DNA of 63,056 nt, filler included, from Psammoneis japonica (lineage: Eukaryota), in assembly GCA_008632985.1 (NCBI GenBank). It is 4 parts of 4 records of this genome, joined end to end, with 100 filler letters (N's around TTAATTAATTAA, not from the genome) between each part and the next. Parts side by side here need not be neighbours in the genome. Positions count along the whole stretch, not along the records: positions 24,091 to 48,050 come from QPGO01000274.1; 3 more parts are not named here. One strand, 5' to 3'. The notes under the pieces were generated by a model. It worked only from the letters and a program-made list of their open reading frames with translations, was not told where the DNA came from and searched no databases. Positions 24,387-37,681 of the stretch are shown in pieces. The translations under genes were made by a program, and so were the position numbers. Positions within the stretch are counted from its first letter, which is position 1; each line of letters starts with the position of its first letter.

Positions 24387-26411
24387 TTAATTCGTCCCTG
24401 GCTGGACAATGGCTCCATCTAGCCAGCTGCTCACTCCTTTCTCTTCCCTTTTCCTCTTCCTTTCCATGTTTCGAATTTTGTCCTTCACATCCACATTGGT
24501 CCTCTTGCACTGCCGGAGCAACGACGAATGGTCCAAGACAGTCTTCCAGATGCGTGGATTGTGAGGATTGTGTTGGCGAACAGTGTCGTAGACCATCTTC
24601 AACTCCTTCACTTCCTTGTCTGTCCACTTCCTGCGCTGCCGTCTGCTGCTTCTGCCTGGACCTGTGTGGGTCACAGCAAATGACAGTGTGCTTCCTCCTG
24701 TTTCACAGAAAGATCCTTGTTGGTGTGAATCTCTTGTGTCCGACGCACAGAGTCCTAAAAAATGCATGAGATCAAATTGGAAGCTTGTCAAACACAGCTC
24801 GGGTGCAACACATGCATCCTCGTCATTGTCATCTGAATCATGGGATGAGTCTGGATTGTCAGTGACATCCCGATCTTCTGGTGGGCCAAAATGCTTCCGG
24901 AAAGTGCTTGCTTCCACTGTCAGCATGTCCGTTCCCTTGAGTGTTTCACTTGACAAGACGGTTCTTGCGGCTTTGTGAATGACAGCCAATCCATTTGCTG
25001 CGTCTCGTTCAAGCCCTGCGGACATGATTTTCAGATTCTTGAATGTCTCCCTGTGTGGCAAGGAATGTGCCACCAGTTGTGCAGTCAGTCAGCTTGATGG
25101 AGCAATGTCAGGAACGCAGTGGTTGTCTTTGGTCACTTGCATGCACTCTACAGCAGCCGCTCTAGACATGGACAATTGTTCAGTGCACCCCCCTTTGCGG
25201 TCGGAGACACGCATCACATTCCTCACTGTCGCAAGTGCGCCATGGATTGGCAATTTTAAATCCAATTCTTTGTGCTCAGAACATGAAGCCAGTTCGTCCA
25301 TGCTGTGATCCATCTCCCCTTTCTCCTTTGGTGGTTTGGTGCCTGCAATCTTCTCCACGATGTCGTTCAATTCACCTCTCAACGCATTCCAATCTTCACT
25401 TTTCCAATCGCACAATGACTTGACATTTATCTTGCTTTTACCCGGCAAAGTTTTTAGCGCCTTCTTTTGCACATCACAATCGTGGTTTCCTCCCTGATTT
25501 CCAGCGGGTCTAAGTCTTTCGCATGGGTCGGCCAAACAGACTTTGATGCACATTCTTGCGATCATGCTGTGCAACAATGAAGGACCGATTGTTCTTTCAT
25601 TCTTCAATCGACAGTGCTCATGGGTCTCCAGATCCTCCAGTGCAAGCTGGAGGTCCTTCCATTTGTCTGCAATGCCGTCAATGTTCCCTCCATCCAGTGA
25701 GTTGATGATGTCGAGTGAGTGCAAGCAAATGACATCATCGAGCTTCCTGGACCAGCTGTCTGGGGGAGGCTTGTAGACAAACCGCTCCAGCTGTTCTGCA
25801 TCATTGTCCCACCAAAATTCGTGCCCGCATTCCAGAAGGCTGGTGGGTCGAGGAATGTTGTTGTTGATGTTGTGCTCTTCATGCTGCATCCAGCGTTGCT
25901 CTCTTTCCTTGTCAAGCTCTTCAATTTGAGCTCTGGACAGTGATGGGTTCTCCCTTGACAAGAGCGTTTGCATGGCGCTGAGGCTGGTTTCAATCCCGAG
26001 GCCGCGGTCTGCTGAGGTTCTCAACACAGGCAGATGGGCCTTTGCTGTTTTCTTGTTTTCTTCCAGCAGACACAGCTGCCGTTCTTTGTGATGCAGCATG
26101 ATGCACTGGAGCAACTCTTCTGGGTCCATGTTGTCCACGTCTCCATCATCAAAGTGAACCCGGTGCAACCCTTTGTCCAGTGCTTTTAGTCTTTTGCCTG
26201 CTTTGCTTGCAGAGCACGGATGGCAAGCAATGGCTTTGCTTGCAGAGCATGGATGACAAGCAACAGCCGTTCCGAGAAACAAAGCATCCTTTCCACCATC
26301 TTTTGCACAGGGAAATGCTTTTAGAGCTCTCATTTGCAACAGCACGCCGCGTTGCAGCGGTGTCTCTGCTTGGTTCTTGATGTTAAAAATTCTTGCTTGC
26401 TCCTGGCACAT
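24387..26411 (-). pseudogene. Gene with a Tudor-like motif and a C-terminal telobox-type Myb domain, one in-frame stop
   Basis: ORFs 25089..26411 and 24387..25073 share a frame, split by TGA. 'HRVHFDDGDVDNMDPEEL' is Tudor-like. 'RRKWTDKEVKEL...IWKTVL...KRTNVDVKDKIRNM' matches the TRF/telobox Myb pattern. Confidence 0.7.
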
Positions 26412-26689
26412 TCTTGATGTGGTTGATCGTTGACATTCTTGGCTGCTCTTGACTCAGTTTCATTGTGCATGAAATCCACAGGCGGTCTTGGGAAACAACC
26501 CAGTGTGAAAGAAAAGGGATGCAATGACACCTGGTGCAGCACATGCTGACATGGGTGCATTCGTCACTTTCAGAATTGCACTTCGCACGAGGGGAAATGC
26601 CCACCGGCAGCGTGCACCTCGCAGGAATCAAAATTTCAACTTTTTTGCATCTTTTTAACTACAAACGGCACTGCCAACTTTTCCCCACC

Positions 26690-27160
26690 CATGGCAGAGC
26701 ATGACACATGTGTGATGAAAACGACACCATGCCAACTCATGTTGATGCCCACCCAGAGTAGAGCATGACACATGTGTGATGCAAACGACACCATGCCAAA
26801 CTGGCATGATGCATGTGTGACACATGCAAGACACGGGTTCTAAATTGCTTTTTGCCAATCACGCAGCAGTTGCCAATCAAGCAGCAGTTGCTGACCCCGC
26901 AGCAGTTGAGCAGAGTGTGATGCAAGTGTGATGCAAATGACACAATGCCAACTTGTGTTGATGCCCACCCAGAGCAGCATGACACATGCATGATGCAAAC
27001 GACACCATGCCAAACTAGTGTGATGCATGTGTGACACATGCAAGACACGGGTTCTAAGTTGCTTTTTGCTATCACGCAGCAGTTGCCAATCAAGCAGCAG
27101 TTGCCAACCCCGCAGCAGTTTTGCCAATCACGCAGCAGTTGACAATCACGCAGTTTCAGC
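26690..27160. repeat. Two-copy ~220-bp repeat plus short gcagcagttgccaatca repeats
   Basis: 'gttgatgcccacccagag...cacatgcaagacacgggttctaa' occurs twice. Confidence 0.8.
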
Positions 27161-29011
27161 AATTCCGTCTGCTGCTGCAAAAATCCTTTGCTGCCCAGGG
27201 CAGACCAAATTTGTTTTGAAACTGCGAATGGGCAACAATGGAACCCTTCTTTTCTTCCAAGGTGGACCTGCCTTTTTTGGTGAAATGCATCCATTGTGCG
27301 GCCCATGCGCTCCGCTTGGACAGTTCTCATTGAAGGCATCCCTGATCCGCATGCTGGGAGTGGTGACATTTGTCATGTTGTCCTCTGTTGTGCGCCAATC
27401 ATCACCCAAAGACACGCGAACAGAGATGGGTGTAGAGCATTTGGACGTGCCGATCCAAGATTCTTGATCAGAAACCTCAGGAGACGTGTCAACCAAAGAT
27501 TCTTGATCAGACACCTTGGGAGAAGCTGTTGCAGCCATCAATGACTTGTCTGATTTGCTGGCATCATGGCATGCGTCCTTGACTTCTTTGGCCGGCTTGA
27601 GACCCTCAAAAGTCCCGACATTTGTCCCAAACACCTTGCCCAACACCTCGTGCTTGCCGGGCTTTGGATTGTGAATCGCCAATGCCTTCAATGGAATCAT
27701 GCACACTGGAAAGCAGGGCAAAGTTGTTTTGAAACCCCTCATGGGCGAAAACACAACATTTCGTTTCTTTGGAGGTCGACCCGCCTTTTTGGGTGAAGTG
27801 CATTTATTGTGCGGTCCATGCGCTCCGCTTGGAGAGTTCTCATCAGACACGTCGATCCAACTTTCTTGATCAGAAACCTCAGGAGACGCGCCAACCAAAG
27901 ATTCTTGATCAGACACCTTGTGAGAAGCTGTTGCAGCCGTCAATGACTCCGTCAATGACTCGTCTGATTTGCAGGCATCATGACACCCGCACTTAACTTC
28001 TTTGACCGGTTTGAGACCCTCAAATCCCCCAACATTTATCCCAAACACCTTTCCTGAGACCTTTCGCTTGCCGCGCTTTGTGTTGTGAATCGGCAATGGC
28101 CTCAATCGAATCATTCTCACATTGGCAAAGTCTTCGATGCGCTCCAGCACACGAACGACTTCCTCCTTTGCAACATGCTCATCTTCAATGGCCCCCTTCA
28201 CATCTTTGGATGCAAATGTGCAGTGCACTTCTTCCTGGCTCAACTTCTTCCCGAGCACTTCTTGCATGGTGTTTGGGCAAATCTTGGATGTGCCAGCCCA
28301 GAGCACATGTTCTCCGAGTTCCGATTTGTGCACAAACGAAATCGTGTGGTGCTTGGAAAGAACCTTCAAACCTGAAACAATGTGCTTGACACAATGACAG
28401 CAAAAAGGCAGACAGACATTTCCAATTCCCAATCCATTGCTGTCGTGAGTTGCCAAGGCAAACTCCAACAGCCCTCTCTGCACAAACCCTGGCAATGCCA
28501 CATGAAAGAAGGAGCGCTGCCAGTGTGCCATGGCCCAAGTCCCTTGAGGAATCCAAAAGCAGTCCAGAATGATTTGCCGAAAAGTCATCTTGCTCCAATT
28601 TTTGTTGATCTTGTTCAGAAAGGACCCTCTGTTGAAATTTGCGCTCAAATGATTTTTGGCACAGCACGCTCTGCTTTCCAGAGAGACCGTGCAAGCCTCC
28701 ATCCCAAAGATCTCCATCGACTGACACCGAGCCAAGTCGCGACCATCAATTTCTGTCAACACATTGCGACAAACCAGCTCCACAGTTTGTTCCAAGCCGG
28801 CTTCCTTGACGTCAATGGCAGAACACGACACACCCCTGGCCGCCAATTGCTCCTCGACACAGGCATGTGACATGCCCAAGCACAAGACGTTGGATGACAA
28901 ACCCGGCCGTTCATGGACAGAGCCAACAACCTCCTGAGTCGTCATTTCTCCATCCGCAATCTCGAAATCTAATGGGGGCATGACTCTGTCTTGTTGTGCT
29001 TTTTGAGACAA
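27146..29011 (-). pseudogene. 621-aa ORF of unknown family with an internal duplication, hypermutated
   Basis: Long frame with a protein-like core 'FRQIILDCFWIPQGTW'. 'SGAHGPHN.C.SPKKAG' and 'VSDQES' segments are duplicated. No Tyr in 621 aa. Confidence 0.5.
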
Positions 29012-29589
29012 GGGTGTCCAAACACCCGCAGCACCTCAACATGGAGTGAGCACCGCATCCCTTCACCCTGCAAGAGCCTGTTGACATGTTTGTTTGCAGG
29101 CACTTGTGTGCACATGGGAGGGGACATGCCTCTCAGCCAATCACATCGCACGAGTGCCGTCATTCCCGAACACCGACTCACGAGCAGCAGTGGACATTTG
29201 TGTGGAATGCACCGGTGCAGTGCATGACGGCCGCGAACCTCGTCTGCTTTCGTCTCCAATCATTGTCATTTTAAAAACAAGATTGGACACACCTTGCAGC
29301 CAATCACATCGCACGATTGCATCACTCCGAACACCGACCAATGAGGCCGCGAACACTGCATTTCCGTTGTCGTGGATTTTTGCACCAAAAACTGCACAAA
29401 GTGAGCTGTCGGTGGCACGCACCTGCTCTCCAACACGCACCGGCGCACCATGGCCGAGGTTGTGAACCCGAGGGCTGTTGCTCCAGTCAACCAAGGCCGT
29501 CCCAGGCACAGTGAAAAAAGTGCTTCGGGAAAGCCACCGTCGCTGCCACAACATCAAAACACGAAACCAGCTGTGCGCAGGATTTGTGG

Positions 29590-32500
29590 GCTGGCCAAAT
29601 CAAGTTGCCCCCAGCCACAATTGTTTTTGCAATGACTTTGTGCTTGAAGGTTGCTGTGTCCAAAGTTGCCCCACAGCCACAATTTGGTTTTGCATTTGAT
29701 GCAACATGTCAGCAACAACATTGCTGTGCAAAAAGTGTCAATGCAACGACTTTGTGCTTGAAGGTTGCTGTGACCAAAGTTGCCCCCACAGCCACAATTT
29801 GTTTTTGCATTTGATGCAACATGTCAGCAACAACATTGCTGTGCAAAAAGCATCAATGCAATGACTTTGTGCTTGAAGGTTGCTGAGACCAAAGTTGCCC
29901 CCAGCCACAATTGTTTTTTACATTTGGTGTCAAACATTGGTCTTGTGGACATTTCAGAGCAGGGTGCAATGACTGTGTGCTTGAAAGTTGCTGAGACCAA
30001 AGTTGACCGTCCAAGCCACAATTGTTTGTGCAGGACTTGGTGCCAAACATTGGTCTTGTGGGCATTTCAGAGCAGGTTGCAATGACTCTGTGCTTGAAAG
30101 TTGTTGAGCCTAAAGTTGCCCCCAGCCACAATTGTTTTTTACATTTAGCGCAACATGTCTTCCGGCATGTCAGCAACAACACTGCAGTGCAAAAAGTGTC
30201 AATGCAATGACTTTGTGCTTGAAAGTTGCTGAGACCAAGGTTGCCCCTGGACACAATTGTTTTTTACATTTGGTGCAACATGTCAGCAACAACACAGCAG
30301 TGCAAAAAGTGTCAATGCAATGACTTTGTGCTTGAAAGTTGCTGAGACAAAAGTTGCCCCCAGCCACAATTGTTTTTTACATTTGGTGTCAAACATTGGT
30401 CTTGTGGACATTTCAGAGCAGGGTGCAATGACTGTGTGCTTGAAAGTTGCTGAGACCAAAGTTGACCGTCCAAGCCACAATTGTTTGTGCAGGACTTGGT
30501 GCCAAACATTGGTCTTGTGGGCATTTCAGAGAAGGCTGCAATGACTCTGTGCTTGAAAGTTGTTGAGCCTGAAGTTGCCCCCAGCCACAATTGTTTTTTA
30601 CATTTGGTGCAACATGTCTGTCATCAACAACATTGCAGTGCAAAAAGTGTCAATGCAATGACTTTGTGCTTGAAAGTTGCTGAGACCAAGGTTGCCCCTG
30701 GGCAAAATTGTTTTTTACATCATTTGATGACTGAGTGTGGTGCATCACACAGAGTCAGTGCACAAGGCAGCTGTTGAGACCAAAGTTGCCCCTGGCCACA
30801 ATTGTTTTTACATTCAGTGCAACATGTCTTCCTGCATGTCAGCAACAACATTGCAGTGCAAAAAGTGTCAATGCAATGACTTTGTGCTTGAAAGTTGCTG
30901 AGACCAAGGTTGCCCCTGGATACAATTGTTTTTACATTGTTTGGTGCAACATGTTGGCAGTGCAAAAAGCGTCAATGCAATGACTTTGTGCTTGAAAGTT
31001 GCTGAGACCAAGCACCGTGCACCTGGCAGGAAAAGTCTCTTCTTCTGCCAGCTCAGCTGCACTGCACACAGTCAATGACATCACACAGAGAGTCAGCTCA
31101 CAAGGCAGCTGAAATGGATCTGCCTGCAGCAGAGACAGCCACACAGACCAGCACAGATGCTGCCATTTCCAATCAACAACATGGAGCAGGGAGGTGCAAT
31201 GTGACCCGGCAAATGAAAGATGCCAAATTCACAGCTGTTGAAAAATGCAAAGTTGCCATTTCTCGTCAATTTTTTTTGCTGGAAAAGTGGCAGGACTTGG
31301 TGTCAAACATTGGTCTTGTGGACATTTCAGAGGAGGGTGCAATGACTCTGTGCTTGAAAGTTGTTGAGACCAAAGTTGACCGTCCAAGCCACAATTGTTT
31401 GTGCAGGACTTGGAGCCAAACATTGGTCTTGTGGGCATTTCAGAGCAGGTTGCAATGACTCTGTGCTTGAAAGTTGTTGAGACCAAAGTTGCCCCCAGCC
31501 ACAATTGTTTTTGCATTTGGTGCAACATGTCAGCAACAACATTGCAGTGCAAAAAGTGTCAATGCAATGACTTTGTGCTTGAAAGTTGCTGAGACAAAAG
31601 TTGCCCCCAGCCACAATTGTTTTTTACATTTGATGACTGAGTGTGGTGCACCGCGCACCTGGCAGGAAAAGTCTCTTCTTCTGCCAGTTCAGCTGCATTG
31701 CACACAGTCAATGACATCACACAGAGAGTCAGCACACAAGGCAGCTGAAATGGATCTGCAGAAAGCAGAGACAGCCACACAGACCAGCACAGATGCTGCC
31801 ATTTCCAATCAACAACATGGAGCAGGGAGGTGCAATGTGACCCGGCAAATGAAAGATGCCAAATTCACTGCTGTTGAAAAATGCAAAGTTGCCATTTCTC
31901 GTCAATGTTTTTTTGCTGGAAAAGTGGCAGGACTTGGTGTCTGACATTGGTCTTGTGGACATTTCAGAGCAGGGTGCGATGACTCTGTGCTTGAAAGTTG
32001 TCGAGACCAAAGTTGACAGCCCAAGCCACAGTTGTTTGTGCAGGGCTTGGTGCCAAACATTGGTCTTGTGGGCATTTCAGAGCAGGTTGCAATGACTCTG
32101 TGCTTGAAAGTTGTTGAGCCTGAAGTTGCCCCCAGCCACAATTGTTTTTTACATTTGGCGCAACATGTCTTCCGGCATGTCAGCAACAACATTGCAGTGC
32201 AAAAAGTGTCAATGCAATGACTTTGTGCTTGAAAGTTGCTGAGACCAAGGTTGCCCCTGGACACAATTGTTTTTTACATTGTTTGATGACTGAGTGTGGT
32301 GCATCACACAGAGTCAGTGCACAAGGCAGCTGTTGAGACCAAAGTTGCCCCTGGCCACAATTGTTTTTACATTCAGTGCAGCATGTCTTCCTGCATGTCA
32401 GCAACAACATTGCAGTGCAAAAAGTGTCAGTGCAATGACTTTGTGCTTGAAAGTTGCTGAGACCAAGGTTGCCCCTGGACACAATTGTTTTTACATTGTT

Positions 32501-33220
32501 TGGTGCAACATGTTGGCAGTGCAAAAAGTGTCAATGCAATGACTTTGTGCTTGAAAGTTGCTGAGACCAAGCACCGTGCACCTGGCAGGAAAAGTCTCTT
32601 CTTCTGCCAGCTCAGCTGCATTGCACACAGTCAATGACATCACACAGAGAGTCAGCTCACAAGGCAGCTGAAATGGATCTGCCTGCAGCAGAGACAGCCA
32701 CACAGACCAGCACAGATGCTGCCATTTCCAATCAACAACATGGAGCAGGGAGGTGCAATGTGACCCGGCAAATGAAAGATGCCAAATTCGCAGCTGTTGA
32801 AAAATGCAAAGTTGCCATTTCTCATCAATTTTTTTTGCCAGAAAAGTGGCAGGACTTGGTGTCTGACATTGGTCTTGTGGACATTTCAGAGCAGGGTGCA
32901 ATGACTCTGTGCTTGAAAGTTGTTGAGACCAAAGTTGCCCCCAGCCACAATTGTTTTTACATTTGGTGCAACATGTCTTCCTGCATGTCAGCAACAACAT
33001 TGCAGTGCAAAAAGTGTCAGTGCAATGAGTTTGTGCTTGAAAGTTGCTCAGACCAAAGTTGCCCCTGGACACAATTGTTTTTCACATTTGATGACTGAGT
33101 GTGGTGCATCACACAGAGTCAGTGCACAAGGCAGCTGTTGAGACCAAAGTTGCCCCTGGCCACAGTTGTTTTTGCATTTGGTGCAACATGTCTTCCTGCA
33201 TGTCAGCAACAACATCGCAG
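29590..33220. repeat. Complex satellite with higher-order structure
   Basis: Dozens of copies of the core 'tgcaatgactttgtgcttgaaagttgctgagaccaaagttgcccccagccacaattgtttt' with alternative linkers. A ~280-bp insert occurs three times (~31010, ~31650, ~32570). Confidence 0.95.
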
Positions 33221-33319
33221 GGCCAACCCAAGATTTTGGTGTGGCTTTGCACTGCCGTTGCCATGCCAAAGTGAGCCAATTGTGTTTCTTAATTCAATTT
33301 CTCTACAAACAATGAACGC

Positions 33320-34207
33320 TCAGCTGCACTGGAAAGCAACCAAATCAATCACTTGGGTTGTTGTCTCATGGAGCAAACTCAACTTGAAAGGAGATGGCAC
33401 TGTGCCATCTTCACTCTTCACTGCATGCAAACAATGCTGGGGGATGAACAATGCATTCCCTGCGTCCAACACCGCTGTGGCCCACTCGTTTTCATGTCTC
33501 CCGGGAGGCAAGTTCCATGGGTCTATGCAGTCGAACCTTGAGCAATGCTCAGACCCCCTTTGTGAGCTGCAGGACTCACTGATGGACCGTTTGAGAATCT
33601 TTGCCATCTTTTTGCCTTTTGGCACAACAAGGAGGGAGCTGTCACTGTCGAAATGAGCGACACATTGCCCCTTTACGTTGACAAAGGCAACCGCTTTTCT
33701 TGCAGCATTTTCCTTGGCCCTCAACAACAATGGGAGGATGCTGGGCCTGCGGTTGCTGTGCAAATGTTCACTCAGGAAGCACTCGCACAGGTGGGGTGCA
33801 AAGCATCCATCACCCACCTCACCTTCATCCTCAATCCAATCAGCAACTTTGCTTGATTTCCAATCGTCTCCTCCACTCTTGCAATGACAGAGGAAGTGGG
33901 ATGCAGTGGTTGAGTGCCACCGCGGTGCTGGGCCTTGACGGATGAAAACGGCTGGTTCGCTTGGATGTTTGTCTTCACCGCTGGCAGACAACCACTCCAC
34001 GCAATTCAATCGAGTTTTGCGTCCTCGTGTTTGTCGCTCGGACATCATGTTTTTCAGGGACAATGCTGTGTGATCATCGACTCCAGATTTGTTGAATGGG
34101 GCAAGATGCTCTAACTCCGATTTGCACTTCATGGCTTTTGGTTTGGTTGCTGAACGCTGACCGCAACCAACACAAGCTGCATCATTGAATGCTGGTCCCG
34201 TCTCCAT
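33320..34207 (-). pseudogene. JmjC/cupin Fe(II)-2OG oxygenase-domain gene, hypermutated
   Basis: 'VAHFDSDSSLLVVPKGKK' (HxD) and 'AVLDAGNALFIPQHCLHAVKS' (distal His) follow the JmjC pattern. No Tyr. Confidence 0.75.
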
Positions 34208-34969
34208 GCAGCAAAAAATTCAAGCTCGTCTTGCGCGATTCACTGCGCCACATGCACAGCACACAGCACGGTGCATTGCACACTGGTGGAGTCAATGTCC
34301 TCGATTTGTTTCATGTGCACAATCTCGTGTCCGTTCCTCAGAATGCCGTCAATTTTTTTACAGGGCCCTGGCCAGGAATCTGTCACGACATCACTGAATT
34401 TCCCATGCTCTGCTGCAGCAGGAGGGCCTGTGCACCACTGGGCTGTGCGCACAACAGCACTGCTTGTCATGGAATTTGAAGGTGATTGTCTGCGAGCCAC
34501 CGGCAGGCACCGGCACCCCACATCCCCCCATGAAGCAAGACATCCACACCTGTGATTTTTCTTTGATGACAACAGCCTCTCTGCCTGCTTGCTGGCTTGC
34601 AGTGTTCGATGCCTGTGTTGCTGAAGTCATTCATCCATTGCAGCATGATCTCCCCAGATGTGCAGAACGATGTCAGGGAAAGCGACTCGGACGATGACGA
34701 GCTGTTGTCTTGGACTCCATTTTCCAACAAGACGCAAGCTGCCAAAGCTGTTGGGACTCCAAATCCACCAAAGCCAAACCCTGAGAAGCGCCCCACAGTC
34801 CCACCCACAGTGACCACAGGTGGGACACTGAGAGAGAGAGGTGAGTCTCGGAAGAGAGTCAGCCAAGCTCTTTGGCGCACCCCAAATGAAATTGACACGT
34901 CGGCTGTTGTTGTTGTTGTTCTTTTGAGCAGCCAACAGAATTGTCAGTTTCCAAAATTTCTCTGACAAA

Positions 34970-37476
34970 ATGAACTCATGTGCTGATTTGTGTTGGCTCA
35001 TCAAGAAATCAAATGAGTCCAAAAGGGAGACCATCCATCCTTGCCGCATCGTTCACCAAGATGATTGGACGGTTGTGAAGCCGCAACAACGGGGCCCAAA
35101 GGATGAGGTGCTGATTGAGCTCTTGGCAATTGGCGAAAAGCATGCCAAGGGCATTTGGTGCCAGCGGTCCATGCTGCTGTGCAATGACAAGGGGGCAGGG
35201 GAGGGCAAGTGGCGCCCTGATTTGGTGGCACGCTATGAGAAGCAAGTTCAGGGCACAGCAAAGGACGACAAATGCACACTTTTGTCGGAAATGATTCTGT
35301 TGGACAAAGCCATGGAGCATGCCAAGAAGATGGAGCGCAAAGACGCAGACGAAAAGCGAAGTTTGGATCTTTTGTTGTCCCGCTTTCATCGGAAGCACAG
35401 AAGTGAACCACCGCCATCTGTCTTTGAAGATGACATGGAAGGCAGTGAAGGTGATGATTCTGATGACGGCATTCTTCCCCTTGATGAAAAAGAAGCGGAG
35501 CCCCTGTTTGCTGGTGATGAAATTGTGCACTCAAATCCAGTCTTCACCTTTGGAAACAAGATGGGAAGACGGGTCACCAGGATCCTGTCAATTGACCCAT
35601 CTGAACCTCAATTTGCCTCCAAGATCATCTTGGAAAATGGAGAGTTGTTGCCTGAGGGCACCAGGGTGATGCGGTCCAAAATTGCCTGCGGGGGGGGATT
35701 GGTCCCTGCATCCAAGCCAGTTTGGCAAATGATTGAGTCGCACAACTTGTGCAAGAGTGGCGGAGACCACGATTTCAGAGAAGGGATTCAACACAAACAG
35801 AGGCGATTGGGCCAGATTCTGGGAAGATTGGGTGAAGCGGCAAAGGCAACTGGAATGCCAGTTGACTTGATGCGCACTTTCAAGGGATCAGACATGCCTT
35901 TTGTTGGATCAAGCCTCCCCTGTGCAACTGGCAACCACAAAATCTTGGGTGTGTGGGCGGTCATGCCTGGTGATTCCCCCTGGCATCCAAAGCTGGTCTG
36001 GGAGTGTTCCGCCTGCAAGGACCTGAAGAATGACAACAAAAGACGCAAGGCAGCAGGAGGCAGAAGTGTCGCGGCAGGCCAAGCCAGAAGAAAGAACGGA
36101 GACAAATTTGTCCAGGACATTGAGGCTGTCAAACCCAACTTCTGGCACTGCCGCAAGCAACATCTCAATTCACGCGGCAGCACCAAAGGGGTGGTTGCTT
36201 TGGAGGACAATGACACGATGAAAAAAAACAGCGACGCTGGCTGCAGCGATTGCATGATTGTTGACAAAGACATGAGCATGACTTGGGATGCAGATTTTCT
36301 TGCGACTGATGATTGGCTGGATGGAGATGGATGCATCATCAAATTCAAGATGGGGGAGGACATTGAGGTTGTCAAGATTGGGGAGAATGACAACAAAAGA
36401 TGCAAGGCAGCAGGAGGCAGAAGTGTCGCGGCAGGCCAAGCCAGAAGAAAGAACGGAGACAAATTTGTCCAGGACATTGAGGCTGTCAAACCCAACTTCT
36501 GGCACTGCCGCAAGCAACATCTCAATTCACGCGGCAGCACCAAAGGGGTGGTTGCTTTGGAGGACAATGACATGATGAAAAAAAACAGCGACGCTAGCTG
36601 CAGCGATTGCATGATTGTTGACAAAGACATGAGCATGACTTGGGATGCAGATTTTCTTGCGACTGATGATTGGCTGGATGGAGATGGATGCATCATCAAA
36701 TTCAAGATGGGGGAGGACATTGAGGTTGTCAAGATTGGGGAGAATGACAACAAAAGACGCAAGGCAGCAGGAGGCAGAAGTGTCGCGGCAGGCCAAGCCA
36801 GAAGAAAGAATGGAGACAAATTTGTCCAGGACATTGAGGCTGTCAAACCCAACTTCTGGTGCTGCCGCAAGCAACATCTCAATTCACGCGGCAGCACCAA
36901 AGGGGTGGTTGCTTTGGAAGACGATGACATGATGAAAAAAACAGCGACGCTGGCTGCAGCGATTGCGCGATTGTTGACAAAGACGCGAGCATGACTTGGG
37001 ATGCAGATTTTCTTGCGACTGATGATTGGCTGGATGGAGATGGATGCATCATCAAATTCAAGATGGGGGAGGACATTGAGGTTGTCAAGATTGGGGAGAA
37101 TGACAACAAAAGACACAAGGCAGCAGGAGGCAGAAGTGTCGCGGCAGGCCAAGCCAGAAGAAAGAACGGAGACAAATTTGTCCAGGACATTGAGGCTGTC
37201 AAACCCAACTTCTGGCACTGCCGCAAGCAACATCTCAATTCACGCGGCAGCACCAAAGGGGTGGTTGCTTTGGAAGATGATGACATGATGAAAAAAAACA
37301 GCGACGCTGGCTGCAGTGAATGCACGATTGTTGACAAAGACATGAGCATGGCTTGGGATGCAGATTTTCTTGCGACTGACGATTGGCTGGATGGAGATGG
37401 ATGCATCATCAAATTCAAGATGGGGGGGGACATCGAGGTTGTCAAGATTGGGGAAGTCTGGGGAGTGCCAAGGTGA
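34970..37476 (+). pseudogene. ORF of unknown family ending in four 119-aa tandem repeats (frameshift near 36940)
   Basis: ORFs 34970..36994 and 36991..37476. The frameshift falls in an A-run of repeat 3. Confidence 0.6.
36028..37454 (+). repeat. 357-bp tandem repeat x4
   Basis: Unit starts 'gaatgacaacaaaaga' near 36028, 36385, 36742 and 37098. Confidence 0.95.
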
Positions 37477-37681
37477 CAGCAGAGGTTGTGAGGGCCTTGG
37501 TTCATCTGCTGTGAGATCTCTGCTGCTTGAGTTTCTGTGCGCCTTCTCCGCTCAATTGTTTTGCTGCAAGCTTCTCTTTTTGAGCTTCTCTGCTTTTGGT
37601 TGGTTTGCTGCAAGCTTCTCTTTGCAACATTTTTTTTTAATTTTACACAGCAACACACAGGCAAATCTCCTCCTTCCTCCT

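Noticed and set aside
29590..33220. CRISPR-like array (constant core plus variable linkers)
   Set aside because: The linkers recur rather than being unique, the core is ~60 bp and degenerate, no cas genes are present, and the context is eukaryotic.
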